A DNA stretch of 13,593 bases from Candidatus Fraserbacteria bacterium (lineage in GTDB: Bacteria > Bipolaricaulota > Bipolaricaulia > RBG-16-55-9 > JANLFV01). The notes beneath the pieces were generated by a model that was not told the origin of the DNA, ran no database searches, and saw only the letters and a program-made list of their open reading frames with translations. Positions 1-7,298 of this stretch are shown here, piece by piece; the first letter of the stretch is position 1; each line of letters begins with the position of its first letter. Where the stretch lies: assembly GCA_037446135.1 (NCBI GenBank), contig JBBIJD010000044.1, positions 1 through 13,593 of the forward strand. The letters run 5' to 3'. The position numbers were made by a program, and so were the translations under genes.

Positions 1-134
1 CTCAGCCGCTCTTCGAAGACCGTTGCAGAGTGTGAAGACTGCGAAGCGGTATGGAAACATGGCAATGGAATATCCACTACCACGACCACGTCCCCTTGTT
101 GCAGAGTGTGAAGACTGCGAAGCGGTATGGAAGC
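1..134 (+). CRISPR. Trailer end of CRISPR array A (array probably continues left of the window)
   Basis: 37-nt repeat GTTGCAGAGTGTGAAGACTGCGAAGCGGTATGGAAAC at 22-58 and a terminal copy at 98-134 ending GGAAGC. 39-nt spacer at 59-97, partial spacer at 1-21. Stem ACTGC-GAA-GCGGT sits directly before an 8-nt ATGGAAAC handle, typical of Cas6-processed class 1 repeats. Confidence 0.92.
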
Positions 135-314
135 CTCCCATAAGCATTAAGGGTTTTATAACCCGATGGGGATAAAGCCCCGCTGGGAGCGGAGCCGGAC
201 TAAGCAAGAGCCCCTGGTCTTATGGCCCTTCTCTGGCTCTGGCTGGGGGCTCGATCTCTCTCCTTCCCTTTGCCTCCTTTGGCCTGAAAGGTTTGCGTCC
301 CTCCGGTCGTTCTC

Positions 315-1250
315 ATGAATGGATGGGTGACGATTCTATTTCTTTCTAGTTCCAGAAGGAGGGCCAAGGGTCGAGAGCCGAGAGAGAAGATGAGAGAGGA
401 GAGCAGTAACGGCACTGACGGCGGCTGGCTCATCTTCCTCTTATTATTGCTATCACTGCTCCCGTTGATCCTATACGGAGCCGCTATTTACTACTCCATC
501 CGGCACCTCAGGCTCCAGCTCACCCGGAGGTATAGGCTCACCTTTACTAGCGCCGCGGTCCTGGTAGGTGCAACCGTCGGCTCTTTGCTGCTCGCTATGC
601 TGATCTTCTACGCCTTTGGTGGGATACCGTGGTTCGCCACCCTCATCCTTGTGGCGCCTCTCATCTTGGGGGAGGGGATCCTCATCCTCGAGCTCTGGGG
701 GCTCACTAAGAAGCTCCCCTACTGGCGCGAGGTCCGGTGGCAGCGGCGCGAGATCAGATGGCATCAGGCCAGGCTGGCCGAGATCGAGCGGGCACGCGAG
801 GCACTCTCCCAGAGGATTCGTGGTCTGGAAGGGCGCTATGGCCGATCCCTCCGGGAGCAGGCCGAGCTAGAGGAGGTTGTTGTAGAGCTCTGCCGCGGGG
901 ATGCTGAGAACCTCACGCTCAAGCGCCGCTGGTGGGAGGAGGAATTCCGAAAGCTGGGAGATAGGGAGCTACGGAGGGAGAAGAGGGAGGCCCTGGCCTG
1001 GGTCAAGGCCCAAAAGGGGTTGGAAGAACAGATCCCCTTCGCCATTAGGGCGAGCTTGCTCCGCTTGGAGGAGCTTGAGCGATTGATAGGGGACAAGGCC
1101 GAGGCTCTGGAGAGATACCGGCGGGCCCTGGAGCGGAAGGCCCAGGAGGAGCAAGAGCTGCGCCAGAAGTTAGCGACGGCCCGAGAGGAGTTGGTCCGGC
1201 TCGAAGCTGTCTCTCGGGCCTTCCGGGCCTCCCGGATCGTCCTGGACTGA
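315..1250 (+). CDS. Membrane protein with 3-4 N-terminal hydrophobic helices and a long C-terminal coiled coil (true start possibly ATG 390)
   Basis: Hydrophobic segments WLIFLLLLLSLLPLILYGAAIYY, AAVLVGATVGSLLLAMLIFYAF and WFATLILVAPLILGEGILIL, then about 170 aa of E/R/L-rich heptad-like sequence. Same strand as the next three genes. Confidence 0.8.
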   Translation: MNGWVTILFLSSSRRRAKGREPREKMREESSNGTDGGWLIFLLLLLSLLPLILYGAAIYYSIRHLRLQLTRRYRLTFTSAAVLVGATVGSLLLAMLIFYAFGGIPWFATLILVAPLILGEGILILELWGLTKKLPYWREVRWQRREIRWHQARLAEIERAREALSQRIRGLEGRYGRSLREQAELEEVVVELCRGDAENLTLKRRWWEEEFRKLGDRELRREKREALAWVKAQKGLEEQIPFAIRASLLRLEELERLIGDKAEALERYRRALERKAQEEQELRQKLATAREELVRLEAVSRAFRASRIVLD

Positions 1251-1349
1251 CCAAGAGGGGCCGGGGCTGAGCTGAGAGGTTTGGCCCCGCGCTGGGGTTA
1301 TACAAGATGATGAACACGCGTGAGCCCGAAGAGGGAGAGGAGTGAGCCG

Positions 1350-1853
1350 ATGAGTCGCGAATCACGCTATACCACGGGCATTGTGATCCCGAAGCGGGAG
1401 CTCCCCCGGCCGAATCCCCTCACCGGGGAGCTGAACATCCCCAGGGGGAGTCTCTGTTTCGAGATCCTCCAGAGGGCCTTAGAGAAGGTTGCTAAAGACC
1501 ACGGCGGGGTCGTCTCCTATGGCCCGCAGGCCTTCTACTCCGACTGCACAGGGAAGCAGCATAGGTCCCTGATAGCCATCCGGACCGGGGACTTCCCCAA
1601 GGGCATCGGGATCAATATTGCCTCGGATGGCCGGCTGAGCTTCGTCTATGATGCCACCCCGGAGGATGAGCTGATAGGCAAGCTGGTCTCCCGCCCGGAG
1701 GTCGCCCAGAGGATCTGCGATGAGATCGCCCGGAATTACGCGGTGATCGCGGTGATGCGCGCTCAGGCCAAGCTAGGCTTCCGCGTCTCGGTCGAGGAGG
1801 CCCGGACGGCCCGAGGCCAGCCCGTTGTGGTCGTCAGTGGGGTGAGAGAGTGA
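1350..1853 (+). CDS. DUF1257/Ycf35-like protein
   Basis: ATG 1350 follows GAGGAG. N-terminus MSRESRYTTGI and C-terminus YAVIAVMRAQAKLGFRVSVEE...VVVSG resemble the DUF1257 pattern. Adjacent to DUF2997-like and Ycf46-like genes, the usual context for this family. Confidence 0.6.
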   Translation: MSRESRYTTGIVIPKRELPRPNPLTGELNIPRGSLCFEILQRALEKVAKDHGGVVSYGPQAFYSDCTGKQHRSLIAIRTGDFPKGIGINIASDGRLSFVYDATPEDELIGKLVSRPEVAQRICDEIARNYAVIAVMRAQAKLGFRVSVEEARTARGQPVVVVSGVRE

Positions 1854-2102
1854 ATGAAGACCATCCGCACTTTCATTGACGAGCAGGGGAATGTCCATGT
1901 CGACTTTGTGGGCTACGCTGGCGAGGACTGTGCCCTCGCGGAGGAGGAGCTCCGGCGAACGCTGGCCGAGCTGGGGCTGCTCACCCATGTTGAAGCGCTG
2001 AGGCAGAAGAGCCCGGCCGAGATCGCGGCCGAGACACGGACTCAGGGTCCGCCCCAGCCATATCGCATCCCCCAAGGCCGTGGACTAGGATCAGATAGAT
2101 AA
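1854..2102 (+). CDS. DUF2997-like small protein
   Basis: MKTIRTFIDEQGNVHVDFVGYAGEDC...LG fits the DUF2997 pattern (G.V...V.G..G..C......LG). Starts immediately after the previous stop (TGA-ATG). Confidence 0.75.
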   Translation: MKTIRTFIDEQGNVHVDFVGYAGEDCALAEEELRRTLAELGLLTHVEALRQKSPAEIAAETRTQGPPQPYRIPQGRGLGSDR

Positions 2103-2103
2103 G

Positions 2104-3858
2104 ATGAGGCACTTCCGCAGGGAGAGGGAGAGAGAGCCGCAGGGTCAGGCGGCCGTGATGGATATAGAGGCGACGGAGCCGGAGCCTCAGGGAGAAGCTC
2201 ATCTCGACTTCGGCTATCTCGAGGAGGGGATCCGGAAGTGGGAGAGCAACGCCAGCACTGTGGTGGCCTTCGAGACGGAGGACCCTGTGCGCTACAGGCA
2301 GATCAAGGCCTTCTTGGTAGCGCGCTTCCCTAGAGCCGAGATCTTCGCCTTTAACCGCTGGGATGGGCTAAGGACTTGGGACAAGGAGCGAGGCCATTTC
2401 GTGCCCGTCACCCGCGGGGCCGCTGGAAGCTACGATGCCATGATCACGAGCGCGGTCCAACAGCCGATCCTAAGCCTCCCCGAAGCCCTGAAGCATCTGG
2501 ACCCCATCCTCAAAGGGCGCCAAGCCGTCCTCATCCTAGAGGACTTGGACCCCTTCCGTGAAGACCTCAAGGACCAGCCCTTGATCGATGCCCTGCGGGC
2601 CTGGGCCCATCACCCCTCGATTATCCTCCACCGATCGCTCATTGTGCTCATCGCGGGGAGCCTGGGCCAGGTGGTGGACGAGCTGACGGCGGACCGGATG
2701 GCACTGGAGCGCTCCCCCCTTGCGACCGAGGCCGAACGGGACCATATCATCTCGCAGACGAGCCACTCCTTAGAGGTCTCTCTAAGTACTCAAGAGCGCG
2801 AGATCCTCGTCAGGAACACCACCGGCCTAAACCTGTACCAGCTGGGATGCGTGCTCCGGGAGGCCTGGCAGCTCAGCGGGTGTAAGGCCTTCTCGCTGGA
2901 GCAGATCAAGAGGCTGAAGTCCGAGCTCATCGCCCGCTCGAACCTCCTGGAGCTCGAGGAGCCGACCGAGGGCTTCGAGAGCGTGGGTGGCTACGAGCCG
3001 GTGAAGAGGCTCATCGCCGGCCGCTTGATCCGGGTCCTGAGGGAGCCGGGGCGGACGGCCCACTTCGGGGTGGAGTTGCCCCGGGGTATCTTGCTCTTCG
3101 GCCCCCCGGGGACTGGTAAGACGATCTTCGCCCGGGCTCTGGCTAAAGAATTGAGTCTCCCTTTCATCAACTTCAAGACGGAGAACCTCTACCACCAGTA
3201 TCTCGGGATGTCAGGCCGGCTCTTCGAGGCCGCGATCCGATTGGCCGAGCAGATGGCCCCTTGTATTTTGTTCATCGACGAGATCGATAAGTTCGGGAGG
3301 CGCGGCCAGGCCCATGACAGCGCCTCCGAGGAGACCCGCAGGGTCTTCAATCAGGTCTTATCCTGGCTGGGGAGGAAAGAGCGGAAGTCCATCCTGGTGG
3401 GGACCACCAACACCCCTGAGCAGCTCGATCCCGCACTCATCCGGCCAGGGCGGTTCGACTGCCTCGTGCCCTTCCTTTATCCCGATGCCGCGGCCCGCCG
3501 CCAGATCTTAGAGATCCACCTGGGGCTGACGGGGGCCTTTCCGCGGGCACCAGCCTTAGCCATCAGCGGAGCGGAGCTCGACCAACTGCTGCAAACGCTG
3601 GTGGCCCAGACTGAAGGGATGAGCGGGGCGGAGCTCGAGGAGTTGGTCAAGCGCGCCAAGAGCCGGGGGTTCAACAGCGAGCGCCAGGAGCTTCTCCCGG
3701 AGGACTTCCTCAAGACCTTAGAGGGCTTCCGCATCAACCGCCAGGCCCGTGCTCAGCAGCAGGAGAGGTATCTTGAGTGGTGGGCCTCTCAGCCGGATGT
3801 GCCGATCGATTATGAGCTTCTCGGGGCATTCCGCGCCGAGCCCTGGAACGGGAAATAG
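2104..3858 (+). CDS. AAA+ ATPase, Ycf46-like / classic clade (degenerate N-terminal AAA-like domain plus an intact C-terminal AAA domain); alternative start ATG 2158
   Basis: Walker A GPPGTGKT, Walker B CILFIDEID, second region of homology TTNTPEQLDPALIRPGRFD, GMSGAEL lid motif. N-terminal AVLILEDLD resembles a relic Walker B. Confidence 0.9.
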   Translation: MRHFRREREREPQGQAAVMDIEATEPEPQGEAHLDFGYLEEGIRKWESNASTVVAFETEDPVRYRQIKAFLVARFPRAEIFAFNRWDGLRTWDKERGHFVPVTRGAAGSYDAMITSAVQQPILSLPEALKHLDPILKGRQAVLILEDLDPFREDLKDQPLIDALRAWAHHPSIILHRSLIVLIAGSLGQVVDELTADRMALERSPLATEAERDHIISQTSHSLEVSLSTQEREILVRNTTGLNLYQLGCVLREAWQLSGCKAFSLEQIKRLKSELIARSNLLELEEPTEGFESVGGYEPVKRLIAGRLIRVLREPGRTAHFGVELPRGILLFGPPGTGKTIFARALAKELSLPFINFKTENLYHQYLGMSGRLFEAAIRLAEQMAPCILFIDEIDKFGRRGQAHDSASEETRRVFNQVLSWLGRKERKSILVGTTNTPEQLDPALIRPGRFDCLVPFLYPDAAARRQILEIHLGLTGAFPRAPALAISGAELDQLLQTLVAQTEGMSGAELEELVKRAKSRGFNSERQELLPEDFLKTLEGFRINRQARAQQQERYLEWWASQPDVPIDYELLGAFRAEPWNGK

Positions 3859-3955
3859 CCGGGCTGCCGAGCGCGAGAGCTTGACATCCCCGGGCCTAAG
3901 CTGCTTTAATGAAAAGGGATTCTGAGATGACGGCCGAGGCTGAGCTGGGGCGGGG
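3781..3955 (+). repeat. 175-bp direct repeat, copy 1
   Basis: Read base by base as identical to 5546-5720. Contains the last codons of the AAA ATPase, a sigma70-like promoter and the first 9 codons of hsdM. Confidence 0.97.
3881..3910 (+). promoter_or_regulatory. Sigma70-type promoter (copy 1 of the hsdM promoter), here pointing into the CRISPR-B fragment
   Basis: TTGACA (3881-3886), 18-nt spacing, TTTAAT (3905-3910) preceded by TGc (extended -10). Confidence 0.7.
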
Positions 3956-4040
3956 TTGAAACTCAAACTCGTCCAGGATCAGCGGCCGACCCTCCTTCAT
4001 CGCGTTGTAACGACTGCCTCGATATGAAGAAGGTTATGCT
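3953..4040 (+). CRISPR. Fragment of CRISPR array B: repeat 3' end, spacer, degenerate terminal repeat
   Basis: GGGTTGAAAC at 3953-3962, 41-nt spacer at 3963-4003, then GTTGTAACGACTGCCTCGATATGAAGAAGGTTATGCT at 4004-4040, matching the repeats at 5365-5401 and 5438-5474. Confidence 0.85.
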
Positions 4041-4047
4041 ACCGGGC

Positions 4048-4075
4048 TTGCCTCTCACGCCCTCTTTGGTATACT
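4048..4075 (+). promoter_or_regulatory. Putative promoter of the RHH-PIN toxin-antitoxin operon
   Basis: TTGCCT (4048-4053), 16-nt spacing, TATACT (4070-4075) preceded by TGg. AGGAGG ribosome-binding site at 4108-4113 before ATG 4119. Confidence 0.6.
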
Positions 4076-4118
4076 TTTGGCCGACTTGAGAATCTGAGAG
4101 CATGCATAGGAGGCGGTA

Positions 4119-4469
4119 ATGGCGAAGGCCAAACCTGAACGGCCGCTGAAAGCGGAGGCACTAACCGTCCGACTCATCTCCGAAGACCTAGAGCGTTTGC
4201 GCAAGCTGGCCGAGGAGCTGGGCGTCGGCCCTGCCGTCCTGGCCCGGATCCTGATCCGTCAGGGGTTGAAGAGCCTATCGAGCAGCTCTGAGAGCGGCGT
4301 GCCGCCGCGACTCCCGCTGAAGGAGCTCAGTGAGCTCTTAGCTCCAATGGCCCAGGCTCGAGGGCTTTCGGAGGAGGAGCTATTGGAGGAGGTCAAGGCC
4401 ATCCGCCGGGAGCTTTATGGGGAACGGTATGCCCCCTTAAGGGAGCAGCCTTCCCAATCCCAATCCTAG
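4119..4469 (+). CDS. Ribbon-helix-helix/CopG-like antitoxin
   Basis: LTVRLISEDLERLRKLAEELGVGPAVLARILIRQGL is RHH-like. Acidic C-terminal helix GLSEEELLEEVKAIRRE. Strong RBS, directly upstream of a PIN gene. Confidence 0.75.
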   Translation: MAKAKPERPLKAEALTVRLISEDLERLRKLAEELGVGPAVLARILIRQGLKSLSSSSESGVPPRLPLKELSELLAPMAQARGLSEEELLEEVKAIRRELYGERYAPLREQPSQSQS

Positions 4470-4486
4470 ACCCGATCCTGAACATC

Positions 4487-5059
4487 ATGCCCCCTCTCGG
4501 CGCGCCGCACCAGTTGTCCCCAAGACCAGAGCGGCTCCTACGGGTCTTCATCGATACGGGCGCGCTCTTGGCGATGCTCGTCTTCCCGAAGGACAAGACA
4601 GGCAAGCAGACCTTAGCCGGCGAGGTCCTAGAGCTATATGAAGCGGGGCGATTCGAGCTAATCCTCAGCGAACCTGTGGTTGAGGAGCTCCGCCGCGTGA
4701 TCGGAAGGAAGTCCCCCAACCATCTGGCGAAGGTTGAAGCCTTCCTCACCCCCTTTAAGGGTCGGCTCACCCGCTGGCCTACCCCAGAGGAGGTCGAAGC
4801 CGCTCAACTGGCGACGGCCGATCCCCCAGATGCCCTGATCTTCGCCGCGGCCATCGCGGCTGAGCCGAAGCCGGATATCGTGCTCTCTAATGATTTCGCG
4901 GCCTTCCATACCGACCGGGCAAAGAGATTCTTCGCCGAGCATGGCCTAGAGGTGGAGAGCCTCTATGGGCTCCTCTGTCTCTTTGGGTTGAGGGAGAGAA
5001 AGTCGGGTTCTTCAGGCGCTCAAGCGGAGGTTGACCACGGAACTAAGGGCGTGTTATGA
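4487..5059 (+). CDS. PIN-domain ribonuclease toxin (PIN_3-like)
   Basis: LRVFIDTG, VVEELRRVI, DPPDALIFAAA and DIVLSND carry the acidic PIN catalytic residues. Confidence 0.85.
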   Translation: MPPLGAPHQLSPRPERLLRVFIDTGALLAMLVFPKDKTGKQTLAGEVLELYEAGRFELILSEPVVEELRRVIGRKSPNHLAKVEAFLTPFKGRLTRWPTPEEVEAAQLATADPPDALIFAAAIAAEPKPDIVLSNDFAAFHTDRAKRFFAEHGLEVESLYGLLCLFGLRERKSGSSGAQAEVDHGTKGVL

Positions 5060-5364
5060 TTCTGTCGGCGATTCCGGATCATTGACAGGTGAACATGGCG
5101 AGAGATCGGCCTCCAAGCTGATTCCCTCGATCTCTCGCAAACATGGTTCTCCCAGGATCGCAGGGGGAAACGGCGGAAAACCCTTATCCCAACAGCGGTC
5201 CAGCTTGTGGAGGAGCAGAGACATGTTTGCAGCAGATGGGATCTCGGCTTCCGCCGCTTCCGGCCCGAGAAGAGGGTGTGAGGGCCGGCGAGAGACAGGG
5301 ATGTTGATGTTTGGAAATCGCCTCGGAAGGGCGCATCCCAAGAGGGGCCGAGAGCAGGGAGTGT
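5031..5364 (+). promoter_or_regulatory. Promoter and probable CRISPR leader of mini-array B
   Basis: TTGACC (5031-5036), 18-nt spacing, TATGAT (5055-5060) preceded by TGt. 11-bp inverted repeat GCGAGAGATCG (5098-5108) / CGATCTCTCGC (5128-5138). About 300 nt with no convincing gene, ending at the first repeat. Confidence 0.65.
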
Positions 5365-5549
5365 GTTAGAACCCACGCCTCGATATGAAGAGGGTTGAAA
5401 CTGGAACGGGCCGTAGCGGGGCGTCCCGTTCTCGTCAGTTGCAACGACTGCCTCGATGTGAAGAGGATCAAAAACTGCAAGGCTCCGGCGAGGATCGGGG
5501 TGGGAGCGATAAGCAGCACCACCGCATCACTATGAATGAGGGTGATGGG
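5365..5549 (+). CRISPR. Degenerate CRISPR mini-array B (two clear repeats, a possible third, two spacers)
   Basis: R1 GTTAGAACCCACGCCTCGATATGAAGAGGGTTGAAAC at 5365-5401; 36-nt spacer at 5402-5437; R2 GTTGCAACGACTGCCTCGATGTGAAGAGGATCAAAAA at 5438-5474; spacer of about 37 nt at 5476-5512; possible relic R3 GCAGCACCACCGCATCACTATGAATGAGGGTG from 5513. CCTC/GAGG stem before the GTTGAAAC handle. Confidence 0.85.
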
Positions 5550-5720
5550 CCTCTCAGCCGGATGTGCCGATCGATTATGAGCTTCTCGGGGCATTCCGCG
5601 CCGAGCCCTGGAACGGGAAATAGCCGGGCTGCCGAGCGCGAGAGCTTGACATCCCCGGGCCTAAGCTGCTTTAATGAAAAGGGATTCTGAGATGACGGCC
5701 GAGGCTGAGCTGGGGCGGGG
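5546..5720 (+). repeat. 175-bp direct repeat, copy 2
   Basis: Identical to 3781-3955. Here it continues in frame into hsdM. Confidence 0.97.
5646..5675 (+). promoter_or_regulatory. Sigma70-type promoter of the type I RM operon
   Basis: TTGACA, 18-nt spacing, TTTAAT with extended -10 TG, 16 nt upstream of ATG 5692. Confidence 0.7.
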
Positions 5721-7270
5721 GAAGGGGACCGGCCTCCTGGAGCTCTCGACCCTCGAGCAATGGCTCTGGGAGGCCGCCTGCGTGATCCGCGGGCCGGTCG
5801 ATGCCCCAAAGTTTTAAGGACTACATCCTCCCCTTGGTCTTCCTCAAGAGGCTCTCCGATGTCTTCGAGGATGAGCTCTTCCAGCTCGCCCGGGAGCTCG
5901 GCCGACTCAACGCCGAGAGGCTCGTGGAGCAGGACCATAAGCTGCTCCGCTTCTATCTGCCGAAGCAGGCCCGCTGGCCCGAGATCAAGACCAAGACGAC
6001 TGGCTTAGGAGAGTATCTGACGGATGCGGTGAGGGCCTTGGCCCGGGAGAACCCCAAGCTCCAGGGGGCCATCGACATCGTGGAGTTCAACGCCACCACC
6101 GCTGGGCAGCGGATCATCGATGACCAGACCCTGGCCCGCCTCATCCAGGTCCTGAGCCGTCATCGCCTGGGGCTCGAGGATGTCGAGCCCGATATCCTAG
6201 GCCGGGCCTATGAATACCTGATCCGGAAGTTCGCCGAGGGCCAGGGCCAGAGCGCCGGGGAGTTCTACACCCCCCGGGAGGTGGCCATCCTCATGGCCTA
6301 CATGCTAGAGCCCGAGCCGGGGATGGAGGTCTATGACCCCTGCTGCGACTCCGGTGGGCTCCTGATCAAGTACCACCTGCGCCTTCTGGAGACCCACGGA
6401 GTGGAGGAGAACGGCCGCCGGAAGCTCCCCTCAGAAGCGGCACCCCTCAGGCTCTTCGGCCAGGAGATCAACCCCTCGACCTTCGCCATGGCCAAGATGA
6501 ATGCGGTCATCCATGACATGGAGGCCGAGATCGCCCTGGGGAACACCATGACCGGCCCGGCCTTCACCGCAGGGGACGGCCGAATCCGGCGCTTCCACCT
6601 CGTCACGGCCAACCCGATGTGGAACCAAGACTTCCCCACCCAGATCTACGAGAACGACCCCTACGAGCGGTTCCGGTTCGGGGTTCCTCCCGCCTCCAGC
6701 GCCGACTGGGGCTGGATCCAGCACATGTATTCCTCGCTCAAGGAGGGCGGCCGGATGGCCGTGGTCCTGGACACTGGGGCCGTCTCCCGAGGGCCGGGGA
6801 ACCGGGGCTCCAACCGCGAGCGGGACATCCGCAGGGCCTTCGTGGAGCACGACCTCATCGAGGCCGTGGTACTTTTGCCAGAGAACCTCTTCTACAACAC
6901 CACCGCGCCGGGGATCATCCTGGTGATCAACACCCGCAAGCGCCACCCCGGGGAGATCCTGCTCATCAACGCCTCCAAGCTCTTCGCCAAGGGGCGGCCT
7001 AAGAACTACCTCACGGAGGAGCACATCGCGGCCATCGCCCGGCTTTACCATGAGTGGCGGGAGGAGGAGGGGCTTTCGGCGATCATCACCGACGAGGAGG
7101 CGGCCCGAAACGATTACAACCTCTCGCCCAGCCGCTATGTGGCCGCCGACGAGCAGGAGGAGGTCCTGCCTCTGGAGGAGGCGACGGTCTTGCTGCAAGA
7201 GGCCGAGGAGGAGCGGAGCGAGGCTGATCGGGAACTCTGAGAGGTCTTGGAGCGACTGAAGCTGGGTTGA
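5692..7270 (+). pseudogene. hsdM: Type I restriction-modification methyltransferase subunit M, frameshifted and prematurely stopped
   Basis: Frame from ATG 5692 reads ...LSTLEQWLWEAACVIRGPVDAPKF then TAA (5815-5817). The +1 frame continues FKDYILPLVFLKRLSD, so there is one extra T in TTTT 5812-5815. Motifs AGEFYTPREV, YDPCCDSGG and ANPMW. In-frame TGA at 7238-7240 is followed by EVLERLKLG and a stop at 7270. Confidence 0.88.
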
Positions 7271-7298
7271 GAAGCCGACTCGGCTTGACTTGACTCAG

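Noticed and set aside
136..172. Hairpin CCCAT..GGGTT-TTAT-AACCC.ATGGG after array A as a terminator
   Set aside because: Short interrupted stem with no U-tract; cannot be told apart from promoter or trailer sequence.
1251..1263. 13-bp match CCAAGAGGGGCCG with 5338-5350 in the leader
   Set aside because: A single short GC-rich match with no extension; compatible with chance.
3927..3959. Mini-ORF as a CreT-like RNA toxin
   Set aside because: It is simply the duplicated hsdM start, with no tandem rare codons or strong Shine-Dalgarno sequence.
4498..4507. Fourth GGCGCGCC palindrome (CGGCGCGCCG) in the PIN gene 5' region
   Set aside because: No 2-bp flanking duplication (CT versus CA), and an isolated site is unsurprising in GC-rich DNA, so it is not counted as a micro-insertion.
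5020..5690. Overlapping short ORFs (5031-5369, 5054-5341, 5184-5594, 5385-5690)
   Set aside because: No recognisable motifs; they overlay the leader, CRISPR repeats and the duplicated segment.
5801..7240. ORF-track 479-aa protein as a complete HsdM
   Set aside because: The conserved N-terminus (LEQWLWEAAC..RG..DAPK) lies upstream in another frame and the C-terminal helix continues past TGA 7240, so the ORF is a fragment.
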